A DNA stretch of 64,000 nucleotides from Lama guanicoe (lineage: Eukaryota): positions 1,471,146 through 1,535,145 of the forward strand of contig MU054400.1 of the NCBI GenBank assembly GCA_013239625.1. The letters are read 5' to 3'. The notes beneath the pieces are model-generated. The model searched no databases. It saw only the letters and a program-made list of their open reading frames with translations, and was not told the origin of the DNA. Positions 34,281-54,679 of this stretch are shown piece after piece. A program made the translations under genes and the position numbers. Every line of letters starts with the position of its first letter. The first letter of the stretch is position 1.

Positions 34281-37200
34281 TGGATCTATTTTGCTCCCCA
34301 CCCCAAACTCCAGCTGGGCACAGAGCCAGTGGAAGGGAACAAAAGGTGGTCTAGAGGAAGAGGAAGCTGGGGTGATGTACCCCCAGTCTTCCCGAGGAGG
34401 GCACTTTCTGGCTTGGCACAGCTTGTGGAAAAACGGAGAACATGACAGGGAAGAGTTGGGGAGTAGGCAGTTTCCTCTCCTAAAATCCCAGGTCCCCTCT
34501 CTCTCCCAAGGCATCCTGCCCCATTCCCCTTGTTTATGCCATCATGGGGGGAGGCTCTTGTTTGTCAGATGGTGTCCAGAGCCCCCTTAGGTCCCATCCT
34601 TGAGTGCTGCTCCTCAGTTTGGGAAGCTCTTCCTAGGAGCCACCCTAACTCAACTCCCTACCTTTGAACTTGAGCCTGCAGTGGTAGACCAGCCTCAGGA
34701 AGATATTCCATCCTGGGAGTATTGGGGCCTCCTTCCTTGCTCGTGGGGCTTAGAACCTAAGTTAGGGGCCCTGAAGGGAGGGAAGGAAAGAGTGAGGACT
34801 TTGCCAGAAGTAGATACCTGGCTGGACAAAAAAACAGGGCTGGAAAGAGCCTCTTTCAGAGCAGGAAGGTGGCAGTAGATCCTTGCCACACACTGGGATG
34901 CAGGTGTCTGATCCTTTGGGGTATATGGGGTGGAGGTGAGGGCATGAGAAGGAGGCACTGAGAGGCCTGGAAGAAGTGGACTCAGATGTAGATGAAATCC
35001 CCAGGAAAGGGCCTGAGGTAGTGAGAGTTGTTAGCCTTATCCTCCTCTGGGGTACCAGGTATGCCACCCAGTCATTCCTCTGCCCCCAGCTGCTGGCCTG
35101 GGCTCCTCCCACCTCACAGTCCCACTGGAACCCTAAGCTTGGTATAGGGGGTGGGAGCTTGCAGCTCTGAACCAAGCCCCTCTCTTGGTCCTCAGACCAG
35201 TCCAGACATTAAAGAAGGGGACACAGAAACTCAGATCTGACTACACATCTGAGAGAGTTCTGGTTTGCTGGTTGAAGGTTTGGCTTGGCGAGCTCTCGAG
35301 AGCGCCTCGGCAGTATTTGACAGCCTCTGGGGTGGCCAAGGTACAGAGCAGGCTGCACTTGAGGTCCTGGTGCCAAGGTTGGGGGGAGGGAGGTGCCCAG
35401 GGCTAACTTCAGCTATACCTCTGCTGGTGAGTCCAGAGTGAACACACCCTATCACCAGATGGAGACCCTGGGGCAGGGGAGAGGTGCGCTAATGCACCCA
35501 TACTCACCCCATGTCAGCAGGCCCACTAGCTCTTTAGGACAGGCACCTGGGCCAGGCTTTGGGGTGGAGGTTCTAGGTGCGGGTGTTGTGAGAGTCTGGG
35601 AATCCCCACGTTGGGAAGTGGCCACATTCCCTTCAGCTCCAGGCCCCAGGCCCATTTGTTCCCGCCTGGTGGGGGTTCCAGGGCAACAGATGCTCCCAGC
35701 TTGGCAGGCAGGAGGTGGGGAGGGGTATGGCGGGAACTTCAGCTCCGCGGCTGGGCTAGTCCCGGAACAGGGCTTGGGGCGCGCTGGGCCCCTGTGGGCT
35801 TGTATGTTTATCAAGGGTCAGAGGATCTGGGTGCGCTGGTACTCCTGGGTTCCCAGCTGAGCGCTGAGCCCTGCAAAGACAAGCTGCCCCGATGGCTGTG
35901 CAGCTGTTACTGAGGGAGCTGCTGGGTTCCTGGACTGCAAATGACCCATTCATTACCTTCCTCAGTGTGTGGTATCTGTGTGCCCAGCGTAGCTGCAGAC
36001 ATGACTCGATGGCTACCTAGGGTCAGGGTTAGAGCTAGGACTATGCTTGGAATAGCACTGATGGAGTGGTTACGGATTAGAGGTAGACAGTGGTAAGCAT
36101 AAGGTCATGTAAAGAATTTTTTGGTATTACCTTGACACAGTGTGTCTGTCTGGTTTGCTCTTCCTTTAGATTCTGTTTTTGCTGCATCGGAGAGACTGAG
36201 GGCTAGGACCCTGCAGTAAACTGGGGACACTCCTAGGAATGGGGGTGGGTGTGTAGGTGAAGGATGGGGCTGCTGAAGAGGGCAGGGGACTCAGTTGCTG
36301 ACCTTGACAAAGCACACAGCCAAGTTGAACCAAGCGTAGGCAAGTGGGACCGAAATTACAAAGCAGAGCTTAGAGGTGGATGAGCAGGCCTAGGAGGATT
36401 TATGGAGAGAAGGGCTTTGAAAGGTGGATTTGGAATGCATTTGTGTCTGTGGGTCTGCAGCCGCGTCTGTTTGCATGTGTGCAGCCTGTCTTTGTGTCTG
36501 CGTGTGTGGGGTGCCGGGGTCTGCTCGAGTGTGTCCGAGTCAGGGTATTCATGGGTCTGTGTAGGTGTGTTTCCGGAACAGGTCTCTGGGTACTCTGAGT
36601 TAGTTTCTGAGCGGCATCACTGGATTTATGTGCTCCTGTTTCTGTGTCTGTGTGGCTGGGTGTGTGTATCCATGTGTCTTTGACTGTGTGTGAGGCTCTA
36701 CTCTGGCCTCTCCCTTTACCCTGCCCCTCTCCCCCGATGCACCCCAGCTGCCAGCACTGTTTACGGCAAGAGATGGCTTCCTTGCCCTTCCCACTGTCTG
36801 GATTCCCATGTGTCCACTGCCTGCCCTGGGCCTTGCCCCTGAGGCCTCTGTATCGGGCTTGACCTTGGAAATGCTACACTCTGGAAAGCCCCCAATATGC
36901 TCTTTGCCTGGCTGTGGACCCAGAGAAGTTACGGTGGAGGAGGGGGACAGGGCTTGGGAGAAGGGGGGTAGTTGGCAGCACGCACCCCTCCTTCTGGAAA
37001 CAGAGATCTCCTTCTGGCCCCTTCTCAGGCCCCCTTTCCCCTTCCCATACTCTCATGCAGATCAAGTATTCAGGGTCCCGGCCTCACTGCCTGTGCGGAT
37101 GGGAATGGACTGTCCTCTACAAGCCCAGCCAGACCGGTTAGGGATCTGGTCCTCTGCGTCCCCAGCACCTTACATGCCTGCATTGTGCTGATTCGTCACA

Positions 37201-38739
37201 TCCCCGCCCACACTCAGGGCTGTGCTTCCTTCTTTCCTCTCCCTGCTGAGGACACAGGACCTTCATTCTGTGACAGCCCAGGCCTGTGCCATGGGCCCCT
37301 GAGCCCAGGTGGAGCAGCAGTGAAGAGCAGAGGCTCAGCCCCACCTCGCCCGGTGCAGGGAGCAGCGTCTCTGCGGGGTTTATTCCTGTGCGTATCCTGT
37401 GTTTGCTGCCCTCCCTGCGGGGGCTGCAGTGAGAAGGTCCAAAAACGCGGCAGCCAGGGTCCCTGTTCACTAGGACTTAGTGTTTCACAGGAGAAGTGAT
37501 TGTGTGGAGAAGCCGTTCTGCCCCGATGCAGGTATCAGCTGCCTGGAATTCTCTCTCTAGAATTGTGAAATGCTCTCTGCAGAGACTAAGAGAAGGGCTC
37601 CAGGTCAGAGCCATTTGCTGTGACAGTATGGTATCTCAGAGGGCAGTGGCAAATGCCCGAGTTCCCAAGCAAGCACGGTATATTCCTAGCATCTCCCACC
37701 TCCTGGAGTACTAAATACTTGAGAGTTTTCATTCTGATTTTACTCTTGAGCCTGGGGGAGCTGGAAAGTGGGGCTTGTGCTAGGGTCACAGAATGGGATG
37801 AGCAAGGCTTCATCCCTCTGCAACGTCCTGCAACATCAGCTCTTGGCTTTGCTGAGAAATGAGAACCCTGAAGGTCCTGGTTCCAGCTCATTTCTCTGCC
37901 CCCAGCCCTTTGTTGCAAACCTTGGTCAGCACTAAGAATTCATGCTGTTCTGGGCCAGGTAGCCTATGGAGGACCACAGGAAGGGCCCACTGTCCCTAAG
38001 CCAGGATGTGTGCACATTAACCTTGGCTTCCCACCTGACGCTGCTGTGACCCCTCTGAGTCAATTCCCTTCATTCCGGGCTTCCCTCTCATCTCCTTGCT
38101 CTGTGGCTCTCTGCCCACCTGCCACCAGGCAGGGAGGATGTGGCTGTTACAAGACCTCCTATGATCTTTGGGAATGCTTTAGGAAAACACTGCAGAGTGT
38201 GGCTCAGCAGGCCTGGGCCTTGTGCCTCCTCGCCCTGGGGGACTCAACAGGGGCTGGGCTCCCATCTGGTAGGTAGAGAATCACCATTCAGGGGAGGGAC
38301 ACATTCCTGCTTCTTCCCATCTTGGCTTCTGCATCCTGCTAGCAGTGGACACATTGTGCTAAGTGCTGGGTCCTGTCAGAGGAAGAGAGTCGTGCCCCCA
38401 CCTCCTGCACTGATGGTATGTTGAGCCATCCTGGACTTGCTTAGCAATCGGTGAGGTGGGAGCATCCCATGGCCCCAATACCACAGCGTGAGGAAGCTGC
38501 AGTGCTTCCTGCCCTTCCTCCAGCTTTTGGCTCCTCTGTGGTAGGTCAGAAGGTGGGAGTGCAGAAGTGCCACCTTGTGAGAAATGAGGTGTCCAAAAGA
38601 GGGGTCCCTCCCATCCGCTCAGGGTGGCCTCTGTCTTTCTGCTTCCCAGTTCTCTCCTCCCACTCCCCAAACTCCCTGGTCCCTGGCCGGATACTAGGAT
38701 GCCACACCTGCCCTCTTTCTCAGTCTCGAGCCCTATCCT

Positions 38740-40390
38740 CTTCATGTTCTGTGTATCTAAGGCTTTCTCTGACATCTCTCTCCCTGTATTCCAAGAACAC
38801 ATGCTTCACACATGTGATCACCAACTTAAACTCTTTTTTTCTGCCCACTTGGGCTCACATGCCGCTACCAACTTCTTAGGCCCTAATAAAAAACCTTGCC
38901 AAGGTAACTTCCAGAATTCCTCTTCATCTCTCACTTTGGCTCTCTATATCAGCCCCTTCCCTCAGCCACGGTCCTTCCCTGTTCCTCATTCACCCCTTTA
39001 CGGCCCTGCTCTCTTAATTGTAGGGAAACTGTTTTTCTCATGGTACCCAAAATCCCTCCTCATTATGGTGACCTTCTCTCTACCTACCACCAGTGAAGCA
39101 TCTGTGCTTTTAGCCAAGACCAAACCCTCAACCTGGGGACTCAGTCCCATTCTGTTCCTCCTGCACCGTGACATTGCTCTGGTAGTTGTCCCTTTCTGCC
39201 TGTGTCTTAGTTTATCCCTCTTGAAGGAATCTTTTCCATCAACATCCAACATCCCACCTTTAAAAACCCTCTTGATGCTATTTCCTTATTTTTCTGCAAC
39301 TGTGGAAAAAAACGCCCTAAAGCAGTTGATGATACTTGCTCTCACCAATTGCTCTTCCTCTCTCTCTCTCATCCATTCCAGTCATGCCTTTACCTCCACC
39401 TCTCACCTGAGTCTGTTCTTCTCAAGGCCATAAATGATCTCTGTGTTGTTAAATCTAATAATTAACTCTGAGTCCTCATCTTATTTGGCTGATTGGCAAC
39501 TTTTCATGCAGTTGATCACTTTCTCCCGAAATACTTTCCTCTCGGCCTCCAGTATGCCACACTCTCCTGGTTTTCCTCCTACTTCACTGGCTATTACTTC
39601 TTAGTCTCTGCTTAGTGGTTCCTACTTTTCACTCCAATTTCTTAATGTTGGTGTATCCCAGAGCCTGGACCTTAGATGTCTCCTTCATTTACATTAATTT
39701 CCTTGGTAATCTTACCCAGTCATATGTTTTTACATCTCTCTCACTCTCTATCTCTATTATCTTTCTTTTCCTTCTCATTTTCCTCCTCCTTCTTCTGTTT
39801 CTTCTTCTTCATCATCATCATCATCATCTAATCTATTGTCCTATCTAATCATCTACAGCCAGGACCTTCCCTGTGGACCATCAGGCTTCTATGTTGCAAA
39901 TAGACTGTTGGAAGTATGGTCTCAGGCAGAAGCTGGGAGATTAGTTATTATGCTATTGCAGTAATCATCGCAGCAGTGTGAGTGAGAAGTGGTCATGTTC
40001 TGAATTCATTTCAGAAGGTAGACACAACAGGATGGATTGGACATACATGGTTAGGAAAAAAATGTCAAGGATGACACTAATGTTTTTGTCTAGAACAACT
40101 GAAAAGACAGAGTCGCTATTAACTGATGTTGTGAATACTGTGATTGAAGCATGTTTTTTACGTGTATTTAGATGATAGTTTGGGGCAGAGAATCAAGGGT
40201 TCACTGTTCTGTAATTTGAGTTGAATATTGGACATTCAGGTATTTATGTTGATTAAACAATTTGGGCGTGTGAGCCTAGACAGGCTTCCATATAATCATG
40301 AGCTCCATTGGTCTAAGTCCTGTCTTTGTTATGTTTGCTCTAGTACCTTGCATACAGTAAGTAAGCAAATATTTTAATTGAATGTATGAC
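38740..40390. mobile_element. L2 LINE fragments in both orientations
   Basis: L2 ORF2-like pyrimidine-rich sequence (cctcatcttatttggctg...gttgatcactttctc) and an L2 3' end. Confidence 0.65.
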
Positions 40391-41956
40391 ACTTCTCAAG
40401 TTTATTTTTTTAAGTTTTTTTCTTCTAGTTTTTAGATATAATTGATAAAGAACACTGTATAAGTTAGGTGTGCACCATACTCAAGGTTATTTTCAATGTG
40501 ACCTTTCTGGGGTCTTCATCAGCTGAGTACCCCAGTAATCCTGTGGCAGGATTCTCTGTTCCATAGCACTCATCATACTAATGATTCATCTGCCTCCCCA
40601 ACCCAGACTTTGGATTCAGTACTGTTAACGTATTATTATGCACCATCCACTATTCTAAGCTTGAGGATATGAGACACTATTGTATTATTTAGGCAAGAAT
40701 GGATGAGTAATCTAACAAGCAGAGGCAGTAAACATAGAAAGAAGGGGGCAAAGATGAGATATATCAAGATTGGAACACAGTGACTGACTTTGTGTTTGGG
40801 CTGAGCAAAAACATGGGCTTATAGTTATACCAATCCCTGACACAGGGGAACAGTTGTGGGGTGGAGGGCGAGTGTTCAGAAATTTTGGATTAATTTGCAT
40901 TGCCTTTAGACAACAAGGCTCAACTCACTGCTCACACTAGGACAACAGACCAAAACTCAGTTTATTCCTCTCCATCCCCTAAAAGCACTTGGGTATTGGA
41001 TTGGCTTCCTGACTCAAGGTTCTTTGGAGTACATAGCCAACCAGCCTTTTCTCTTACCATGCTCTCTTCAGGAACATGTTAGTTTCTATTCCAGGTACTC
41101 AGATCCCCATCTACATGCTCTCCTTCCCTGCTTCTCTCCCTGCCTACCCTTGGGGGTGGGGGACCAGCCCCTCTCCTTGTCCTACTGTGATCTTCATTCT
41201 GGGTGTCACTCATTCCATGTAGCTGATAAGCAGTGGAGGGTGGAGGTGGGATACAGGCAAGAGAGCTCCAGCAGCCTTCCAGGCAAGTTCTCCAGAGGGA
41301 TCTAACCAATAGCCAACAGGGAGTAGAGAGCGGAAAGTCTATCATTTGCTTTTGACATTAGTTGTATTAGCTGTATGCTGTTGATAAACACAAAGCACCT
41401 CCTCAAGTTTGGATCAGTGGCACTCCTCTCCAGACTGTGGGCATATATAGATGTCATCAGTAAATTTTGCCTGTGGGGTTCCTGGCTACTCCTTCTTGAC
41501 AATACTATCCTCATGTCTACAGTGCTCCTTTGGGCCCAAGGACACCATGATAGAATTCAAACCTGACTTTTACCTTCAGTGTACCTTAGACAAGGGCCTT
41601 CCTTCTCTGCTCAAATCCCTTTATTCACAGTCCAGTGTGTGTATGTGTGTGTGTTGTGTGGAATGCTGACCCAGCTTAAGTATGGGTTAAAGCTCCTTCC
41701 CTAGATAGGAAGGACATTTATGCCTCCCTTATGCCTTCCCTGAACACACCACAGTGGAGAGAAGGAGCAGGCAGACAACTCTCTGCTGAGAGATATAGAG
41801 TGTATTTTGGGTGGCACTGCCCACCTGCACGTTAATGAAAATGATAGTAGCAGTCCTCTTCAAGGGATGCAGACATTGCAGAGACTACAGAGTTTTTTGC
41901 TTGTTCTGGGTCTTCTTGAGCAGACCAGTGTTTCCCTCTGAGGTGAGAGTTGAGAG

Positions 41957-48029
<6,073 letters not shown>

Positions 48030-49449
48030 CTAAACCTCATTAGCATGAGAAGACCAACCATCCCTGTATGTAGGCATTTAGGGTACTGGTGCCTAATGCC
48101 TTCCCATGCTATGCCTTGTCGTTTCCACCTCACAGACGATGGAACCAGGCCAGCAGACTGCATCACAAAGCCCTCCTGTTTCACAAGGCAGGTGCGGTGT
48201 CAAAGACGTTTACCTGTCTACGGAAGCCCATGTGGTGATTCAGTCTGTAGATAAGGGTGTCTGGCTCTGAGGACTGAAGGTGCTGCTCATAGGCAATGTC
48301 TTCACTGTCTTCACTCTCCACACCCTCCACCAGCTGGATGGCTCAGCTCTCCCTTCAAGACAGCTGTCTGGTCACCCATCCCCCAAAAACTGAGTGTTAA
48401 GGGACACAAGGCACCTTTTGAGGAAGAGTGCTTGGGACAGAGGAAACTCTTATCAAGTCCCCCGCCTGTACTGGGAGTATATATGAGAAGCACATATGAG
48501 CTTAGGGACGGCAGAGCCTGGTTATGGCCTGGGAATGGAGAGCTTTGATGTTACAGGCAGTGGGTATTGGGAAATCAGAGGTGTATGAAGGGGACCATGG
48601 CTGAAATGGTGGGGAAAGGCAAAATCTTTATTTTTAAATTTAAATATGTGGAGGAAGGGAAGTCTCCATTCTGTGTGGTGGGAAGAGATTATAAACACTG
48701 CCTTCTATGGAGGCACATGAATTTGGTTCACTTCTGGAGCGCTATCCAAAGTTCTGTGTTTTAAAGCACAATTACCCATGTGACAGCATTCTGCTTGCTC
48801 AGGAAGATGACTTCTGTAGAGATGAATAGCTACTTCCAACTAAGGGTCACAAACTAATTGGTACTCATAGACCTGCTTATCTACCCTGGATATATAATGT
48901 TTACCTGAGTTTTTTTTTTTTCCCTGGATTTTGGTAACTTTTAGACATGTCAGGTGTTTTCCAGTCCGCCCCAGGACCTATCAGTCCTACACCTTGACTA
49001 TTGATTTAGATGTTGTTACCTGCTTGGCTGTCTGTGGATACTGTGATGGACTCCAGTATCTCAGAATTTCTGGATTTCCTTGAGAGAGTCTTGCCCTGGT
49101 GACAGTGGTCTCATAGCCAAAAAATTCTTGGGCTCACTATCTCTGAAGATGCTTCTTGGTTCTTCCTCCAGCATCTAGTCCTTTACCCAGCTGGCATGGT
49201 GAGCGATCAGTCTGTGCTCAGTCCTAAGCTAGGCAGTGTCAAGGGTACAAAGACATTTCAATCATGTCACCTTCCTGCTGTCAAGACACTTCACTATCTG
49301 ATTCCCAAGATAAGACTAATCCACACAAAGTAAAAGCCAGCAATATAGAACAAATGGAATCATATACTCATTTGTGAGGCCCAGGTCACAAACATCCCAT
49401 TCCTGAGGGGAGAAAGCATAATGAGGATCAGGATAGTCAGAGAAGGTTC

Positions 49450-50758
49450 CTGGATAGAGTGACACTGGAGTTGAATCTGTAAGTGCAGGCTGTGGGCGAA
49501 GGAGTGTGTTCCAGGTAGGAGAGAAACTTACTAATAGATGCAGAACACTGAGGAATGAGCTACAGTGTGCATCAGAAATGCAGTCTATCTCTAGCAGAGA
49601 TGCAGGGGGATGGACTGGATTGGACTTGAGGAGGAAGACTGGAGGAGTAGGGGTGAGGTCTCTTGATGGAGGCATTTATTCTATTTCAATAACTAAATTT
49701 TTTTTTAAAGTAGGCAGATATACATGGTACAGAATTCCAAAGGCAGGTATATAGTATGTCTCTTTCTCATCCTTGTCTCCCTTTTTCTTCCCTGTATATC
49801 TTTCAGAATTGATTTGACAAAGGAAGCATAAATAAAATGATGCACTTTTTTTCCCACAAATGGAAACATTACAGACAGTGTTTTCTATCTTTTTAAATTT
49901 AATAATATGAATATATCTTGTGTATATAATTTTCTTTGATGGCTATACAGTCTTTTAAAAAAATTCTTATTTTTTATTAAAGTGTAGTTGGTTTACAATG
50001 TTAGTTTCAGGTGTACAGCAAAGCAATTCAGCTATACATACACAGAAATATATATTTTCAGATTCTTTTCCATTACAGGTCATTACAACAAATTGAATAT
50101 AGTTCCCTGTGCTATACAGTAGGTCCTTATTATTTATCTATTTTATATATAGTAATGCATATCTGTTAGTCCCAAACTCCTAATATATCCCTCCTCCACT
50201 CCTTTCCCCTCTAGGAGACAGTTTGTTTTCTACGTCCAGGAGTCTATTTCTGGTTTGTAAATAAAATTTGTGTTTTTTTTTTTTTTAGATTCCACATAAA
50301 AGCAACATCATATGTTTGTCTACAGTCTTCTTTGCTAGAACTACAACACAATTTATCTTTAATTCTACTTTCATGGCTATTTAGTTATTTACAGTTTTTT
50401 TCTCTGAATAATAATGCTGACATGAAACTCATGTATATGTCATTGTACACAGTTATGAGTATTTAGGTAGGAGGAACTCCTAAGAGTTGAATTGATGGAT
50501 GAAGGGGTTTGAAAAGTATTTTAAATGTTGATGTTGCCAAATTGTCCCACTAATTGTATGGATTTGTACCCTCACCAAAACTGTGTAAGGGTGTCTCTCT
50601 TTCCATACTTGTTGATTCAATGTTATCAAATGTTTATCTTTGTCAACCCAAGAAGTGATTCTGGATAGAGTGACACTGGAGTTGAATCTGTAAGTGCAGG
50701 CTGTGGGCGAAGGAGTGTGTTCCAGGTAGGAGAGAAGCTTATCAACAGATGCAGAACA
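49450..50758 (+). repeat. 98-bp direct repeat pair (49450-49547 and 50661-50758)
   Basis: First 76 nt are identical; 4 mismatches in total. Confidence 0.95.
49968..50320 (-). mobile_element. L1 3'-end fragment with TSD
   Basis: tttttattaaagtgtagttggtttacaatg; flanked by tacagtctt on both sides. Confidence 0.85.
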
Positions 50759-50816
50759 AATCTGTTTTATAAATCTGTTTGATAAATTTGTCTTAAGGTA
50801 GGCTAAGCACCTTTTG

Positions 50817-50984
50817 ATTGCTCCTCCTTTGTTTTTCTTTAATAATTTTTTGTTTTTAAAAAAATTTTTTTAGGGGGAAGTAATCAGGTTTACTTACTTG
50901 TAATGGAGGTACTGGGGGTTGAACTCGGGACCTCATGCATGTTAAGCACACACACTGCCACTGAGCTATACCCTCCCCCCACCA
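50817..50984 (-). mobile_element. Camelid tRNA-derived SINE (Vic-1 type) with target-site duplication
   Basis: tRNA-like head ending about 50980; flanking repeat gctaagcacyttttg at 50802-50816 and 50985-50999. Confidence 0.85.
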
Positions 50985-51129
50985 GCTAAGCACTTTTTGT
51001 ATCTTTATTTCCTTTTCTGTTAATTATTTGTTCTTATTCTTTGCCCACTGATGATTGATCTTCATCTTTGATTTACAAGTGCTTTTTAATATTAAGAAAA
51101 TTAGCCCTTTGTATGTATTGCAGATATTT

Positions 51130-52338
51130 AAAAAAACTGAAATACAGTTGATTTACTATATTGTATTAGTTTCTGGTGTACAGCAAAGTGATTCAGCTAT
51201 ATATACATATATTCTGTGGTGTTGCCTGTCAGATGTTGTTCGGGCTCACAAAGGACACTGTTGTTGGCACTGCTCTTAGACCCACCTCAGCTATGAGAAT
51301 GCTCACCTGGATGTCCCTTAGGCACTGAGCTCACAAAGAGCCACTGTAGTAGGGGACCCGGACTCACTTATAGTTGTCCACCTGACCCACTGTGGGAACT
51401 ACAGGAATCAGCCCAGACCCCAGCCCCACCTTCATGTGCCGCACCCACAAATCCTGCTGCTGTTAATGCTAGACCTACCCCAGCCAAGAGAGCACCAGTA
51501 ATCTGCTCAGATGTCCTGCAGCTGTTTGCTTACAAAACCACTGGCAGCGCAAATTCACCGAAGCCACTGGGAATCAGGTCAGATTTCAGCCCCACATCCG
51601 AGGTTGCGTGGCCACTGGGAACTGGCTCAGATTTCCTGTGTCTGGGCAACCTGCCAGTACTTGCGAAGAGGCAGAGCTGCACCCACTGTGAGCATGCTGA
51701 GAATGAGGCTGCTATGGTGGGGATCCTGCCTCTCCTTTTGCATGCCGATTAACAATGGGGATTCTATGGTGGACCTGGGCTCTGTCCTGTGCACACCCCC
51801 AGCTGCAGTGTGGCCTGGGCCACACTCCAGTCCCTTTGTGCATCTCCCCACAGCCAGCCACCGTCCTCTCCCTGGGTCTGTCTGCTGAAACCTGGGCTTC
51901 AGCCCCCATGTGCACCAGTAGACGCCCATCTTAGGCTGGGGTGTGCAGTGACGTGATCAGGACCACGTGTGCTGGTCCCTTACTATTCTAACTGCCACAA
52001 GCTGGCTGCTGCACTCTCCTCTGAACCTCTGAAGCTCCCTATTTGTCCCAGATGATCTCCCAGCCAGTGAAGGGGGTTCCCAGATTAGGCAACCTTTCCC
52101 CTCTCACTGCTCCCTCCCAGGGATGCAGATCCCATACCGATACCTTTTTTTCCCCCTTTCCTTTCATCCCACTTGGTTACATTGTGGTCTTACTTGCAGC
52201 TTTGGTTGTATGAGATCTTCTGCCAGCATTCAGTAGGTATTCTGTGAAGACTGTGCCACATGTAGATGTATTTTTGATGTATTTGTGGGAGGAGATGAGC
52301 TCCATGTCCTTCTATTTCACCATCTTGATATCCACCCT
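51130..52338 (-). mobile_element. L1 made of 5'UTR joined directly to the 3' terminus
   Basis: Starts caagatggtgaaatagaaggacatggagctc...aaatacatcaaaaatacatctacatgtgg (L1 5' end) and ends ctgaatcactttgctgtacaccagaaactaatac (L1 3' end). Confidence 0.7.
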
Positions 52339-52639
52339 CTGCCAATATTTTTTTGTTATTTGATGTTAATGATGATTTTTTGCCATGCAGAAAATTTTGC
52401 ATTTTATGTAGTCAAATTCATTAGCCTTATTATTAGTCTTTTGTTTTATGGCTTCTGTGTTTTAAAAAAAACTTAGAAAGGGTTCCTTCTCTGAAGTTAT
52501 AAAGGAGTTCTTCACAATTCTTCAGGTACTCATGGTTTCATTTTTTTAAAGATTACACCTTTGATCCATTTAGTATTTATTTTTGAGTAATGAGTGAAGT
52601 TGGTACTTGTATTCAAAGTTAAGAATTGCATTCAAGTAC

Positions 52640-54600
52640 ACGTAACAGGTTTAATTACAAAACAGGTTTCTCAGGAGCTTTTGGATTCTGCTTAGGACAA
52701 AGTGAACCTGGAAACAGCATTGCTTCCACTATTACAACCAAAATATCACAAGACAGTCTGAAAATCCTTAACTTTTTGAAATTTATTAGAGAGCTGAGGT
52801 TCCAAGGCAACCTAATTAATCTTAATTTTAGGAAAGACAGGCACCTCCAAGGTATAGCTCAGGTGCACTTACTTACTTATTTGGGGCTGACTCCACTCCT
52901 GGACACCATCAAGCTGGTAAGAATTCAGCACCCAGTTTTACGGAATTGCTAAAGGCCAAATGTAGGCCAGCATGAGAATACAGAAATTGAGAGCCACAAG
53001 TCTTCACAATTATCTGTAGGCTCTTCTCCGTTCACTTTACCATGTGTTCACAAGAGAGACTGGAGCAGTGTGCAATTCCTGAGAAAGTTTTCTTGTGGTA
53101 CAGGCCTGTGGGAGAGCAGCCACTGCAGAGAAAGGCACCGAGCCATACCCAGATCCGTCTCCCCTGTCTTCCTATAGAACAAAAGCCATAAGCTTCTGGG
53201 TGAAGGGCAGTAAATTGTCATCAGGCAGCAAACTGCACCTGGAGAAAGATGAAAAAAAAACCCCTACCCCTGTGAGACCCAGACTATTAGTGGTCTTCCA
53301 ACAGAGGGTGGGGTAGGGGCATAAAGGTGGCCTTAACTGTAAGACCCAGGGGGTACAGTGCCTATCTAAAGCTGATGTTGAATCAGAAAAACAGAGACTG
53401 TCTCCCCTGCCCTGTCAAGGAGGCTTGCAAGCATCGAGTAACAGGTAACAGCAGTCTACTGCTGACAGCATCAAGAACATGAAGGGAGACATTTTCTGAG
53501 GAGCAGGCACTGAGGGAGGATGTAAGGCTGAGGGTGGGGCAGGCATTGATAAAACCTCTGGCAAATCAGCCTCAACTATAAACACAGGTAATGTTAGAGA
53601 CACTGGAAGCCTATTACGCACTGACAGTATCCATAGCAGAAACAAAACCCTAATGCAGGTCAGATCCTGACTAGACTGATTCAATCTCTTACCCTAAAGT
53701 CCTAGCAGAAGGAGAGGTGCGCCCATCTCCAGGCATAAAAACCATTTACCTCAATCTTTACTGCCTTACAATAGATGTCCAGTTTTCAACAAATTATTAT
53801 TACAAGGCATTCAAAGAAGGAAGAGAAAAATGACACACTATTAAGAGAAAAAGCAATTAATATGACACAGATATTGTACTTATTCTGACAGGGAAGTTAA
53901 AGGAACTATGATTAATATGTTAATGGACCTAGTAGAAAAGGTGGACAGCCTTCATGATCAGAAGGGTCAATTTCAGCAGAGAGATGAGAACTCCAGGAAA
54001 GAATCAAATGGAAATGCTAGAAATAGAAAACATGGTAACACAGAAAAAGATTTCTTTTGTCTAGCTCATCATTAGTCTTGACACATGGGAAAGAATCAGT
54101 GAACTTGAAGATAATTCAATAGAATTATCTAAATTGAAACACAGGAAAAAAGTGGAAAAAGACCCCACAACAGAAAAAGCATCTAAGAGTTGTGGGCCAA
54201 TATGAGAGGGAGGGGGAGGGGAAGAGGGAATGGGAAAGAAATATTTGAAGAAATAATGGCTAAGAATTTTCCAAAATTAATGACATATCAAATTACAAAT
54301 CCCAGAAGATCAGAGAATACCAAGCAGGATAAACAAAAACACAGCTAGACACATCATATTTGAACTGCTGAGAACTAAAGAGAAAGAGCTCTTCAGCTTG
54401 AGAAAAAAAGAAACATTACATAAAGAGGAACAAAGATACAAATATAGCAGACTTCTCATAAAAAACTACACAAGCTACAAGACAATGGCATGAGATCTTC
54501 AAAGCGCTGGGAGAAAAAAATGTCAACCAAAAATTCTACATTAAGCAAAAAAATAAATATCAAAAATCAAAGAAAAATAAGTACTTTCTCAGACCAACAG
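52640..54600 (+). mobile_element. Old L1M 5' region/ORF1 fragment
   Basis: ORF1-like gaatcaaatggaaatgctagaaat, aatatttgaagaaataatggctaagaattttccaaaatt. Confidence 0.75.
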
Positions 54601-54679
54601 GCTTTCCTTTCTTCATAAAACAGGAAACTGGTTGCTAACCAGTGATTCTCATACTTCTTCCTAGCTAACAGAAACCCAA

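Noticed and set aside
34600..36010. Possible third chemokine or compact gene between CCL21 and FAM205A (some - strand splice-like sites, mild CpG enrichment)
   Set aside because: No signal peptide or CC motif. Joining the best sites gives only a roughly 32-aa ORF. A lncRNA or enhancer cannot be excluded.
38624..39433. 269-aa ORF
   Set aside because: Pyrimidine-rich L2-derived sequence, non-ATG start, no recognisable domain.
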